IMG/VR virus record: IMGVR_UViG_3300032562_000003
Coordinates: 1 to 64,000 of that record
DNA length: 64,000 nt
Strand: one strand, 5' to 3'
Both the position numbers and the translations under genes were made by a program. Shown one piece after another: positions 8,387 to 18,090 of this stretch. The notes under the pieces were generated by a model. It made no database searches and was not told where the DNA came from. It saw only the letters and a program-made list of their open reading frames with translations. How positions within the stretch are numbered: the stretch's first letter is position 1; each line of letters opens with the position of its first letter.

Positions 8387-8818
8387 ATGAATGAAAAAGT
8401 TACACCACCAGACTCTATTAGACTTGTACTAACAAAAAAGAATGAAGTTTCAGTTTGCACCAAATGTAATGGTATCGGGTCGTTTGAAACGGAAGAACTG
8501 ATAGATTATCACAAACGAGACTATAAAACTTTTAGAAAAACTTGTGTAAACTGCAATGGTGATGGTAGAGTGGTATCGTTGATAACATCGTATAAGTTTG
8601 AGCACGAAGCCGCTGCATACCCTAAGACTATTCCTTATCAAGATGCGATTGCACAGGGAATTGAACCACACTTAGATGAACGCTATGTTTTTAGCTATAA
8701 AATTAACAAGACAGACCATGTGTTAAATCGAAAATACCCTGAATTAGCAGCAGTGTCGTATGATGTGTATGACGATTTAGTAGAAAAATATCGCGTTATA
8801 GAGATTTTAAAAGAGTAG
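8387..8818 (+). CDS. DnaJ-type CxxCxGxG zinc-finger protein
   Basis: CTKCNGIG and CVNCNGDG. Confidence 0.6.
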   Translation: MNEKVTPPDSIRLVLTKKNEVSVCTKCNGIGSFETEELIDYHKRDYKTFRKTCVNCNGDGRVVSLITSYKFEHEAAAYPKTIPYQDAIAQGIEPHLDERYVFSYKINKTDHVLNRKYPELAAVSYDVYDDLVEKYRVIEILKE

Positions 8819-8882
8819 TTATTGGGTTGACATGTTCCTATAACTGCGTATAATAGGAACATGTATAGCAATAGGAAGAGTT

Positions 8883-9497
8883 ATGTCTAATCGTTTCGTA
8901 GTTTCTGATACCCATTTTGGTCATACCAATTCATGGGAAAAGTTTAAGAAGGCTGATGGTTCGCCTCTGCGTCCTTTTAACTCAACTGAGGAAATGGACG
9001 AAGCGATGGTTGAACGCTGGAACAATATTGTTAGCCCTAGTGATACGGTGTATCACCTAGGTGATGTGGTCATCAACAAGAAGTCTCTGCATCACATCAA
9101 GCGTCTGAACGGTCACAAGCGTCTGATTCGTGGTAACCACGACATCTTTGACGACAAGCTGTACTATGAGGTTGGCTTCGATAAAATTGTGGCTTACCGA
9201 GTCTTTGTGGATGAATTTGTGTTTTCGCATATTCCTCTGCATCCGGATTGCATCAGTGATCGGTTCAAGTGTAACGTACATGGACATACCCATAGCAATA
9301 TCGTCACGCGAACGATTGTTACTGAACAAGGAGTCGAACAAAAAGAGGTTGATCCTAGGTATCTGTGTGTATCAGTGGAACACACTAACTTTGCCCCTAT
9401 TAGTTTTGAAGAGGTGAAGGCTAGAATACAAGCTCAAAACGAAGCTTGTGGTTATATGCCACCCAATAACAGTTGGGGTAATGGATCACCTACTTAG
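8883..9497 (+). CDS. Calcineurin-like metallophosphoesterase
   Basis: SDTHFGH, HLGD, GNHD, HGHTH. Confidence 0.9.
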   Translation: MSNRFVVSDTHFGHTNSWEKFKKADGSPLRPFNSTEEMDEAMVERWNNIVSPSDTVYHLGDVVINKKSLHHIKRLNGHKRLIRGNHDIFDDKLYYEVGFDKIVAYRVFVDEFVFSHIPLHPDCISDRFKCNVHGHTHSNIVTRTIVTEQGVEQKEVDPRYLCVSVEHTNFAPISFEEVKARIQAQNEACGYMPPNNSWGNGSPT

Positions 9498-10221
9498 TAG
9501 TATTGTGCATCAACCGACCCTTCTTGAACCCAATTGGTAACGGTGATCCGACTTTTATTTTTAAGTTTGTTTCACCGTTATTTATCCACATTGTTTTGTT
9601 CGGTCCTAATTTTTTTCCTTTATTCCAACTCGTATATCCCCTTTTACTCCAATGATTTTTAATTCCATTTTGTTTGTGGGTTTCAGGCTGTTGTTTTCCG
9701 AACCATCTGCTACCATCCCGTCCTAGCACAAACCCAGGTGGAATAGTAGATGTGGGATCAACCATCATTTCAGTGTGGTCGTTGTGTATCCAAATTTTGC
9801 CTCGCTGCATATTTGCTCCAATAACACTACCGAAATTGTTAAACGGAAGTCTACCTAATTTAAATGAATCGTCTGGTGGCGTTTCTCGAAATATTGTAAT
9901 ATTTCCGTCATTCCAGTGCCTGGTAGTTACAGTTGATCCGTCACCGGCTTCTGGTTTTAAATTCGCCCAGGTCTTCTTTCCGAATTCGTCTTTATCTTCG
10001 ACTATGTTCCATAATGTACTATAATACATTCCCCATTCTTTTATTTCTTCAAGTGTTTGACATTCACGTAAAATTTCAGTAGTAATATCTTTTCCATGTA
10101 TTTTAATATGATCCTTCCAATACGTTCCGGAACCTTGATATTTATATGGATTTTGTGTAGTTTTTCCTAAATAGTGTAGACCTGTTTTGTTATGAGTTTT
10201 CTTATACAAATAAATAGTCAT
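9490..10221 (-). mobile_element. Free-standing GIY-YIG (Seg-like) homing endonuclease with WxNNG repeats
   Basis: IYLYKKTHNKTGLHYLGKT..Y.GSG..W; HWNDG/WIHND/WINNG repeats. Confidence 0.85.
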
Positions 10222-10293
10222 GTGCTGATGTTTCCTTTCGTAGCATTAGAGCGGGTAGATGCGCCAACATCGTGATCCGCAACATTATTTATC
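10222..10293 (-). promoter_or_regulatory. Late promoter + two-hairpin structured leader of the HEG (copy A)
   Basis: GATAAATA..GCGGAT-CAC-GATG-TTGGCG-CATC-T-ACCCGC-TCTAATGCTA..AGGA.ACATCAGCACATG; covaries with 30181 copy. Confidence 0.7.
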
Positions 10294-10335
10294 ATTATTC
10301 TTGACTTTTTCTAATAAACCCATTATTATTAATGT

Positions 10336-10527
10336 ATGGATGACTTATTTTCTGATATAATTTGGGCAATTTCTTCTACTATTAGAAATCCTTCGATCAA
10401 AGAAGAACTATTTGCGGAATTGATTCCTATTTTTGACAAACAAAAAACATTTGACGAGACGACTTGTTTCAACATAGATGACTCGTTTGATACTGTATGG
10501 AACAAATGGATAGATGAAACAAGTTGA
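10336..10527 (+). CDS. Hypothetical protein
   Basis: ORF after TTGACT promoter. Confidence 0.55.
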   Translation: MDDLFSDIIWAISSTIRNPSIKEELFAELIPIFDKQKTFDETTCFNIDDSFDTVWNKWIDETS

Positions 10528-10557
10528 CATTCTCTTTAATCTGTACTATTGTAAGTT

Positions 10558-11031
10558 ATGGTTAAGGAGAATGTCATGACTTTGAAGAAGGGTGAAATGC
10601 TTGGTAAGATGCTGGTCATCGCTACTAATGCTCACCAAGGTCAATTTGACAAAGGCGGCGCACCGTATATTCTTCACCCCTTGAAGGTTATGCATTATCT
10701 CAAGACGGACGATGAAGAATTGCAATGCATTGCTCTTGGCCATGATGTCATCGAAGACACTGCGGTCACATACCAAGACCTTCGTAGTCAAGGCATGTCT
10801 GAACGTGTCATCGACGGTATTCGCGCACTTACTAAGGTTCCGGGCCAAACCTACGATGAGTACAAAGAATGCGTCTTTGCGAATAAGGATGCTATGAGAG
10901 TGAAGATGGCTGATCTTCGGCACAACACTGATATTCGTCGTCTTAAGGGCGTTTCTGAAAAGGACATTGCTCGTATGGCAAAGTATCAGATGTTTTATCT
11001 TGAGATTCAGGCCCGCTTGCAAAAGGAGTAG
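10558..11031 (+). CDS. HD-domain hydrolase, stand-alone (p)ppGpp hydrolase (Mesh1/SAH)-like
   Basis: AHQGQ.DK.G.PYI.HP...HDVIEDT...LTK...VKMAD..HN. Confidence 0.8.
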   Translation: MVKENVMTLKKGEMLGKMLVIATNAHQGQFDKGGAPYILHPLKVMHYLKTDDEELQCIALGHDVIEDTAVTYQDLRSQGMSERVIDGIRALTKVPGQTYDEYKECVFANKDAMRVKMADLRHNTDIRRLKGVSEKDIARMAKYQMFYLEIQARLQKE

Positions 11032-11033
11032 AT

Positions 11034-11462
11034 ATGGAAGACGATGACTGGGACTATGCCTCCCTTGATTTGATGGAAAGCTGGACTCAAAACATCTATC
11101 CAATCACGAGTAACCCCTATTCTGAGGAATTAAAAGACATGCAAAACATTGCCAATGCAGCGGTCAAGGCTCTTGAACGCGGAGACACTTTGGATCAGTT
11201 GATCAAGCGCAACCCTTCTTTTAAAAAGTTGTACAAAGAGTACAAAGCTGAACAGGCAGCAATCGATAAGGCGAAGGCCGCGAATGCTGCCCGACTTGAA
11301 AAAGAAGCCGGCCGTCGCGCCGCCGAAGTTGCTGCTCGTACAGAAATCGCAGCCAAGTTAACTCCCGAAGAACTGGCTGTATTTGGTCTAAATGAGCAGG
11401 GTGCCAAAAAGAGGGCTCCTGTAAAGAAAGTTACTAACGCAAGGACAAGGAGTTATCGGTGA
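11034..11462 (+). CDS. Hypothetical protein
   Basis: In operon; C-terminal KLTPEELAVFGL motif similar to the next gene's KLSEKDRKALGL. Confidence 0.7.
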   Translation: MEDDDWDYASLDLMESWTQNIYPITSNPYSEELKDMQNIANAAVKALERGDTLDQLIKRNPSFKKLYKEYKAEQAAIDKAKAANAARLEKEAGRRAAEVAARTEIAAKLTPEELAVFGLNEQGAKKRAPVKKVTNARTRSYR

Positions 11463-11791
11463 GCGAAGAATCCGAAGAACACATCACTCAAGAAGTCTAT
11501 GATGAACTTCTTAAGGTTACTGATGCTAAGACCCGCTATAATAGGGACCACAGAGTCGCAATGAAGTCTATGGTTTCTTTGGTTAAGTCTGGGCACGCCG
11601 CCTTTCTATTCCTTAGGGATGATGAGTGCCGAGAATGGTGGTCAAAGGAAGTTAAGGCTGCTGCGACAAAAGTAAATAACCGAAAGGAAAAGCGTAGAAT
11701 TTACGAACTAAAGAAGTCAGCATGGGATAAGCTGTCAGAAAAGGACCGTAAGGCGCTTGGTCTTCGTAAACCCATCGAACCAAAAGGCTAA
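11459..11791 (+). CDS. Hypothetical protein
   Basis: Overlapping GTGA coupling. Confidence 0.7.
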   Translation: MSEESEEHITQEVYDELLKVTDAKTRYNRDHRVAMKSMVSLVKSGHAAFLFLRDDECREWWSKEVKAAATKVNNRKEKRRIYELKKSAWDKLSEKDRKALGLRKPIEPKG

Positions 11792-11794
11792 TCT

Positions 11795-12283
11795 ATGGAA
11801 GACTTTCTCCTTAGGAATCTTAAAGTAAATGACAGTGTGATTTTTATCGCGCCCGGATCTACTAAGAATTTGGCATTGGGTAGAGTTATCAAGCTTAATC
11901 CAAAAACCGTTAGAATTGTCTACAGAGATGACCGATACGATGGAACGCCATGGGCACAATATCAGCCCAGCAGTGAAGAAGCCAATCGGCCATATAAAGA
12001 AGTCGTCAAGGTCGATGGACCCGATCTAACTATGTATTTGTTGAAGAAGTAATAAATGGCGGAACTACCTAAACATTATGATCTTCTAGGTAGACAATTG
12101 GCAGTCGGTGATTATATCGCCTACCCTGATGGCAATAGTCTAAGACTCGGCACGGTTGACAAACTTAACCCCAAAATGGTTAGAGTTAGCGGGCTAAAAC
12201 GCACATGGAACGTCAATAAATATGCTAGTGACACAGTAAAGCTTGACGGACCCGATCTGGTCATGTATCTACTTAAGAACTAA
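11795..12283 (+). CDS. Two tandem paralogous SH3/KOW-like small proteins (11795..12052, 12056..12283)
   Basis: Shared L.V.D.....LG.V.KLNPK.VR...VK.DGPDL.MYLLK. Confidence 0.75.
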
Positions 12284-12296
12284 TAAAGGAAAACAA

Positions 12297-12602
12297 ATGT
12301 CTATCGCAGTCGTTGAGCCAGAATCTGATTGGACTGATTCTGATTGGAATGTATTTGAAAGTTCTATCAAGGAACTACTTCATAATAAGCTGGTTACAGT
12401 AAAGTTTACTAAAAAGGATGGTAGCGAGCGATTGATGCATTGCACGCTTCAAACTGATCTCCTTCCTCCTCAAGAGATTAAGGAGAATAAGGAACCGCGC
12501 AAGAGGTCTGACACCTCGATTGCAGTCTATGATGTGCAAGCTAATGGTTGGAGAAGCTTCACCTATCGTTCGGTTTATAGAATCGAATATGCTGTAGACT
12601 GA
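12297..12602 (+). CDS. WYL-like/SH3 beta-barrel protein
   Basis: VTVKFTKKDGSERLMHCTL...VYDV...GWRSF. Confidence 0.7.
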   Translation: MSIAVVEPESDWTDSDWNVFESSIKELLHNKLVTVKFTKKDGSERLMHCTLQTDLLPPQEIKENKEPRKRSDTSIAVYDVQANGWRSFTYRSVYRIEYAVD

Positions 12603-12721
12603 CTTAAAAAGTATAAGTGTTTTTAAACTACACCCTCGTACTAAATACTACTGTGTAGGCCTTGAGAAAGCCGAAACACAAAAGGCTTGACACTATATCA
12701 AGTTGGATGTATAGTTAGAAC

Positions 12722-12889
12722 ATGAAACGAGAAATTATTAAGTTTGAACCGAAACGCTTGAAGGCACGTGCCGCCGGACTCATTTTGTTCGGCGATACTC
12801 CCTTCAAGAACAAAGTAATCGAACCTAATACTCGCTACACGCGCAAAGCTAAGCATCCTAAAAAGGAATGTGACCTAAACCGTTACTAA
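12722..12889 (+). CDS. Small basic protein resembling ribosome-rescue factor ArfA (55 aa, not in ORF track)
   Basis: LFGDTPFKNKV....RYTRKAKH vs ArfA L.DPLFRQRV...YMRKGKH; own TTGACA promoter. Confidence 0.5.
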   Translation: MKREIIKFEPKRLKARAAGLILFGDTPFKNKVIEPNTRYTRKAKHPKKECDLNRY

Positions 12890-12914
12890 ACTTTTGATTT
12901 GTATAGTGAAGTGC

Positions 12915-13110
12915 CTGAGAGTCTCTATTGTGGAGATTCTCTGATTAACTGATATTTCAGTTAATTGCCAAATGGCCCTACGTAAGGGGATGCAAAACCC
13001 GTATCCAAGATACGGTTATCCCATTTATGGAAGGCTGATGGAAGTGCTACTGTATATACCTAACAGACTATCGTTGGTGTGGTATATAGCGGCCCAATTA
13101 AGGAAATACT
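12915..13110 (+). promoter_or_regulatory. Highly structured 5' leader of the cell-wall hydrolase gene
   Basis: Consecutive hairpins GAGAGTCTCTA/TGGAGATTCTC, ATTAACTGA/TCAGTTAAT, CTGTATATACC/GGTATATAG. Confidence 0.5.
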
Positions 13111-13695
13111 ATGTATACTTCTCAAACTACGGCTAGTAAAATGGCCAAACTATGTAAAGTTTTAGCTGTCGCACTTTGCATTTCTTTTTCTTGGCAGCAA
13201 CTACATGCGCAAGAAGCCGCAAATACTAATCCGGTTCCCGCTCTTAGTCCGGAACAATTACTAAAAGACGCATACGACAGTGCTAAATTCCTGTCAATCG
13301 TAGACACCGCAGAAAAAATTAACTATACTAATCGAGAACTGACGTGTCTAGCTAAGAATATTTACTATGAAGCAGGGCATGAGACTCAGGTAGGCAAACT
13401 AGCTGTGGCTCAAGTGACTATAAACCGTACTCAAAGTCCTAAATTCGCCAACTCCATTTGCGGAGTGGTACTAGCACCAAACCAATTCAATTGGGCTAGT
13501 AATAAAAAGACTAGGTTGTCATTGCCCAAAGGAGCTGCATGGGAAGACTGTTTGAAGGTCGCCCAACAGGCTCTTGATGGCAAGAGGGTTAAGGGCATAG
13601 AGCACGCCCTGTACTTTCATGCTAGTGTGGTTCATCCTCACTGGGCACGCTTAATACGCCTTGCTCAAATAGGTACTCAGATTTTCTACGGATAA
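13111..13695 (+). CDS. SleB-like cell wall hydrolase (Hydrolase_2)
   Basis: Signal peptide; CLAKNIYYEAGHE..GKLAVAQVTINR...ICGVV...QF.W...ALYFHA. Confidence 0.9.
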   Translation: MYTSQTTASKMAKLCKVLAVALCISFSWQQLHAQEAANTNPVPALSPEQLLKDAYDSAKFLSIVDTAEKINYTNRELTCLAKNIYYEAGHETQVGKLAVAQVTINRTQSPKFANSICGVVLAPNQFNWASNKKTRLSLPKGAAWEDCLKVAQQALDGKRVKGIEHALYFHASVVHPHWARLIRLAQIGTQIFYG

Positions 13696-13935
13696 TCATT
13701 GACTTTCCCTCGTTTTGATCTTATATTGACGTAAGATTGGAACGAGGGTTTTTTATGGATGAACTGGTAGAATTTACCAAAGAATGCGGAGCCCTTGTTC
13801 GTTGGGAAGCTGGCGAACGGCCACAATTTAGCACTGGTGTGTGTGAATCACTCACTTGCGGTTATAGAAAGTTAGATGAATATGGATATTGGGAATATCC
13901 TCTATATCCTGCAGAAAAATATTTGGAGATGTTGC

Positions 13936-14163
13936 GTGATCAATCTAACCGTATTTAAGTGGCTGGGCACTGGATTTACTATTGCAGGAGCAATGGCTAC
14001 TGCATTTAAGTTGGATCCGCTCAATGTAGTGTTGCTGAATTTGGGTTCTGTGTTTTGGCTTGTCGCTGCACTGCGAATGAAGGAATCTTCACTGATTGCA
14101 GTGAACGGTGCCTTGCTCGGCATCTATGTCGTCGGTGCTGCCATTCGTCTCCACATGTTTTAA
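13936..14163 (+). CDS. Small membrane protein
   Basis: Three hydrophobic segments. Confidence 0.6.
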   Translation: MINLTVFKWLGTGFTIAGAMATAFKLDPLNVVLLNLGSVFWLVAALRMKESSLIAVNGALLGIYVVGAAIRLHMF

Positions 14164-14172
14164 GGTTTAGTT

Positions 14173-14406
14173 ATGCTACCTCCGATATCTGACGAACAAA
14201 TGATGTGGTATATTCTTAAGGGGTATACCATTCATGTGGACGTATTCGGAACTCGGGATTGGTTTTTAAACGGGCAACGTCACCGAGAAGATGGTCCTGC
14301 GATTGAATATGCGGATGGAAGTCGGGCTTGGTATCTAAACGACCAAAACATGACCGAAGAAGAACACCGAAAACTCACACAAAAGAAAATGGCTAATATC
14401 GGTTGA
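14173..14406 (+). CDS. 22-aa repeat protein, paralogue 2 (1 unit)
   Basis: Last ~75 nt identical to paralogue 1. Confidence 0.85.
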   Translation: MLPPISDEQMMWYILKGYTIHVDVFGTRDWFLNGQRHREDGPAIEYADGSRAWYLNDQNMTEEEHRKLTQKKMANIG

Positions 14407-14468
14407 CTTCGGGTATGTGTTTTGTTACTATGAATCATAGAGATTGACTCAACAAACGGAGACGTGAA

Positions 14469-14882
14469 ATGGCTTATATGTCGCAAGATCGCAAGCAACA
14501 GATCGCCCCTAAGGTGAAGGAACTTCTTAAGAAGTACAATCTTACGGGTTCTCTTTCGGTCGATAATCACTCTACGTTGGTGCTGACTATCAAGTCTGGT
14601 AAGATTGACTTTGTTGCGAACCAAAATCGCGTTTGCAGCCAGGAGCTGATGCTTATGAAAGTGGCACGTGGATTCACTCCCACTAAGTCAGCTTACGTTA
14701 ACCCGTATCACTATCAAGAGCATTTTGACGGCGAAGCCCTCGCTTTTCTGTCAGAAGTTATTCCGGCACTGAATGAAGGTAACTGGAATAAGTCGGACGT
14801 CCAATCGGACTACTTCAATGTGGGGTGGCACGCGGATGTAAATATCGGACGGTGGAACAAGCCGTACGAAGTAACTGCGTAA
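14469..14882 (+). CDS. Early hypothetical protein
   Basis: GGAG RBS, TTGACT promoter; N.S.VQSDYF.VGW...NIG.W.KPY motif. Confidence 0.8.
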   Translation: MAYMSQDRKQQIAPKVKELLKKYNLTGSLSVDNHSTLVLTIKSGKIDFVANQNRVCSQELMLMKVARGFTPTKSAYVNPYHYQEHFDGEALAFLSEVIPALNEGNWNKSDVQSDYFNVGWHADVNIGRWNKPYEVTA

Positions 14883-14916
14883 AAACTTAACCCCAACACA
14901 AACAAGGAAAACTGAA

Positions 14917-15066
14917 ATGCATACCTATTGGATTCTGGTTCGTAACGATGCCGGCACTAACATTCGTGTCGAGATTCAAGCTAATAACAACTACGAAGCT
15001 ATTCAGCTTGCTAAGGCTCTTTACGGTCCTAAGCTTTACTCTGAGAGCGCGAACTTCATTCGCTAA
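14917..15066 (+). CDS. Small hypothetical protein (49 aa, not in ORF track)
   Basis: AAGGA RBS; MHTYWILVRND... Confidence 0.6.
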   Translation: MHTYWILVRNDAGTNIRVEIQANNNYEAIQLAKALYGPKLYSESANFIR

Positions 15067-15162
15067 TGCGTTTTGGGTATGAGAGTCATTGACTTTCATA
15101 CCCTTCCGTATTATATATAATAATGTGTAATTTTGCACAGGTTCAACTTTTAAAGGTATTAC

Positions 15163-15731
15163 ATGACTACTCAACTATTTAAGGTTGTTGGTATTACGGC
15201 CCATAACGGCAACGCTAAGGTTCGCTTCACTGACGATATGGTTCGCCGTGTAAAGCAATTTGCTAAGGGCGGCGCCCAACGAACCGACTTTATTGAACTG
15301 CCGAACGAAATGAATAAGATCGATGCGCTCAAGCACATGCTTACCCATCCTTCTTATCAATCTGCGGAAGATCAAGCCACTATCAGTGACACTCTCGCTG
15401 ATAAGGAAAAGGAATCTCGTAAGGGCGAGGTCAAGGTTAAGGCTAAGCCTTCGCTAGACGCCATCAAGAATCGTCCTAAGATCGACACTACGGTTGATGA
15501 CATTCTCAATGCTGTAGGTTCCGAGTAATGGCTAAGGTGTTAAAGATCGCTGACAAACTGACTAAGGTCAGTGAAAGTGTTACTGTTCACTTCTACGACA
15601 ATGCTTATATGGTCGAAGTTTCAGGCCACAATAAGAATGATGATTGGGCCAATCTTAAATTGGTCTGTCATGATCTAGATGAAGTTGCTACACTTCTGAA
15701 GGAAGCTGATTCTCTTCCTAAGGATTCCTAA
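15163..15731 (+). CDS. Two hypothetical proteins (15163..15528, 15528..15731)
   Basis: TAATG-coupled ORFs. Confidence 0.75.
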
Positions 15732-15734
15732 TAT

Positions 15735-15760
15735 AAAGAAGCCCCGTAAGGGGCTTCTTT
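15735..15760. terminator. Bidirectional intrinsic terminator
   Basis: AAAGAAGCCCC-GTAA-GGGGCTTCTTT between convergent genes. Confidence 0.85.
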
Positions 15761-16593
15761 TATGGATTGTTGACGGATTTTATGATCCAAAAGTCACTGC
15801 TCATGTTGGTATTTTGAATGACCGCATATGGCATATAAAAATACCCATGATCACCCCAATTGGATCCCCAACTGTTTTTCGCAATAAATTGTTGGGTACT
15901 ATTATTATATCCTACAAGAAGAACCGCATGTCCACCTAAAAGTTGCTCAGTGCGAACGTTAGGATACGGCATTATTCCGGTTCGTGCTACCGTGGTACTT
16001 TCAAAGCTACTGTATACATCAAACCCGACCGTAACAGGATACCCGTTAGACAATGCATTGATACACGCACTAAAATCTAACGCTCTCTCGTATAATGTTA
16101 CTTTGCGTCTCAATCCATCAGATACCGCAGCAGGAGAAGGTGCCTGCTTAAATCTAGTAATATTATAAGGCCAGAGACTTTCTAGAGAAGCACCGTATGT
16201 ATATGTGGCTCTAATACCGTCGCGTATGTATGCACCACTGTCGTAGCTAACTGTGCCTTCGATAAGACGTTCGTAATAGTAGATAAACAATCTACTTACT
16301 TCGGTGCTCTTATTGTTTTTTCTGTTTAGATACTCTATTGCCTCTGCGATGGCGTTTCCGGTACAACTTCCCAATGGACCCTGATTCTCTATTGGTGTCG
16401 AGTATGATCTAAGATCAACGGTCGACGGAGTTACGGATGCTATGGGTTTGTAAATATAATCACGAGAATCAGGTAAATCCCGTACCCAATGATATTTGGG
16501 AATGGCCATCGGAAGGTTAGCTGGCTTGAACTTTACGGGTGTGCGATTAATTCCCGGATCTTGTGATTGATCAATTACGGGCTGCTTTGTCAT
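15760..16593 (-). CDS. Papain-family (C1A) cysteine peptidase
   Basis: QGPLGSCTG, GGHAV, KNSWG catalytic motifs. Confidence 0.9.
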   Translation of the reverse strand: MTKQPVIDQSQDPGINRTPVKFKPANLPMAIPKYHWVRDLPDSRDYIYKPIASVTPSTVDLRSYSTPIENQGPLGSCTGNAIAEAIEYLNRKNNKSTEVSRLFIYYYERLIEGTVSYDSGAYIRDGIRATYTYGASLESLWPYNITRFKQAPSPAAVSDGLRRKVTLYERALDFSACINALSNGYPVTVGFDVYSSFESTTVARTGIMPYPNVRTEQLLGGHAVLLVGYNNSTQQFIAKNSWGSNWGDHGYFYMPYAVIQNTNMSSDFWIIKSVNNP

Positions 16594-16603
16594 TGTGTTA
16601 TCC

Positions 16604-17332
16604 TTATAGACCAAATCGTGAGCGATAATAATTAAAGTTTTGGGAGACTTCTGCATCGGTTAAGGCACGGTCGTAGATGTTGACCACAGCTATTTTGGCA
16701 TTTACTGTTTCATCCAAGTCCCAACGATGTCCAATAAAAAATCTCTGTGTAGGACTACTACCGTTAGGAGCTGCTCCGCCGCCAAAGTTGCCTGGCGCAT
16801 AACTTACAGCACCGTTGATGTAATCTTTATATTCTGCGGCACCTACTGCCATAGTAATATTGTACCAAGTTGATCCATCGTGTGTAAATGCTGTTGCGAC
16901 ATTGTTGGTAGCAAACTGTCCCTGCCAGTTAGTATCGTACCAGCCTGTTTGTAGATAATCAGCAGAGGCGTTTATTGTAAAGTTAAATTGCGCACCAGTA
17001 AATTCATCAGATATTAAACAAGGGGCACCGCCAACTTGACTGGCTGTAAAGTTAAACCATATGTCTATGGTGTAGGTAGGCTGAAATGTGGGCCAAGGCA
17101 CAGTAAAGTATTGAACCGACGGAGCATCCAATACAAAAGTTCCGCCATTAGTTGAACTCCAGGCTGGCGCATTTGTAGGAACCGCTTGAACGCCATTATA
17201 ACTATCAACCCAGTTGCCTGACCCTGAATATGTAGCGGCATCAAAATTTAACAGTAACCCATCAGTTACCAATGGAGGTGCTGTGTATATTCCTGCTCCG
17301 AGGGTTATTCCAGGTCCAAATGTTATTGCCAT
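16604..17332 (-). CDS. LamG/concanavalin-like lectin-domain virion protein
   Basis: VTDGLLLNFDA...YINGA...IYDRALTDAEVSQNF. Confidence 0.8.
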   Translation of the reverse strand: MAITFGPGITLGAGIYTAPPLVTDGLLLNFDAATYSGSGNWVDSYNGVQAVPTNAPAWSSTNGGTFVLDAPSVQYFTVPWPTFQPTYTIDIWFNFTASQVGGAPCLISDEFTGAQFNFTINASADYLQTGWYDTNWQGQFATNNVATAFTHDGSTWYNITMAVGAAEYKDYINGAVSYAPGNFGGGAAPNGSSPTQRFFIGHRWDLDETVNAKIAVVNIYDRALTDAEVSQNFNYYRSRFGL

Positions 17333-17340
17333 TGATTGTC

Positions 17341-18081
17341 CTAATCGGTACTGTAACAGAACTCACCAGTGGTGGAATTGTAATACACTGCTTTGAATCC
17401 TCCGCTGACTAAATTGGCTGTGCTATCACCACGCACAGGTTTCACTGTGAATGTGTTGGCTGTGGGTTGATCTAAGCTACTACCAGTGGCATTCAATATG
17501 ATTGAATTGTTGCCTTGATTGGTTGCACCAGCACTGGCACCAATGGCCACTGCAAAATTACCTTGATTACTAAAACCAGAACTTACACCAATGGCCACTG
17601 CTGAATTGCCCGCGGCACCGGCAGCCGCGCCAATTGCCACCGCGTAGACACCTTGATTGGTTGCACCAGCACCACCACCGATAGCCACTGCTTGTAACCC
17701 TTGATTAGTTTGACCAGCAAATGAACCAACCGCCACTGCGTTATTGCCTTGAGTGTCATATCCAGCCAGCGAACCAACAGCCACTGATTCAATGCCTTGG
17801 GTGTTCCCACCAGCCGAAGGACCAATAGCCACTGCTGAGTCGCCTTGCGATGTTTGGCCGGCACCTGGACCAAATGATACTGCGTTGCCCGCATTATCTT
17901 TTAATACAGCACCGTTTACAAGTGTGACAGTTCCAGTGCTGACATTATTAGCACCAGCGATGTTACCACCAGTTAAAGTGATATCTCCACCTGTGCCTGA
18001 GGTAGCAATGTTGCCACCAGTAATATTGCCTGTTGTGCTAAACCCGCCGTCCGAGTTAAATGGTGTTATGTTTGCTGACAT
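17341..18081 (-). CDS. YadA-head-like repeat fibre/adhesin protein
   Basis: Repeated QG..AVAIG..AG units. Confidence 0.75.
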   Translation of the reverse strand: MSANITPFNSDGGFSTTGNITGGNIATSGTGGDITLTGGNIAGANNVSTGTVTLVNGAVLKDNAGNAVSFGPGAGQTSQGDSAVAIGPSAGGNTQGIESVAVGSLAGYDTQGNNAVAVGSFAGQTNQGLQAVAIGGGAGATNQGVYAVAIGAAAGAAGNSAVAIGVSSGFSNQGNFAVAIGASAGATNQGNNSIILNATGSSLDQPTANTFTVKPVRGDSTANLVSGGFKAVYYNSTTGEFCYSTD

Positions 18082-18090
18082 TTATGATTC

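Noticed and set aside
10546-11103. Long antisense ORFs (also 44238..44858, 53846..54499, 33504..33983)
   Set aside because: Mirror frames of well-supported genes; no RBS or motifs
12652-12682. Hammerhead ribozyme
   Set aside because: GAAA present but the CUGANGA core is absent; only a small hairpin
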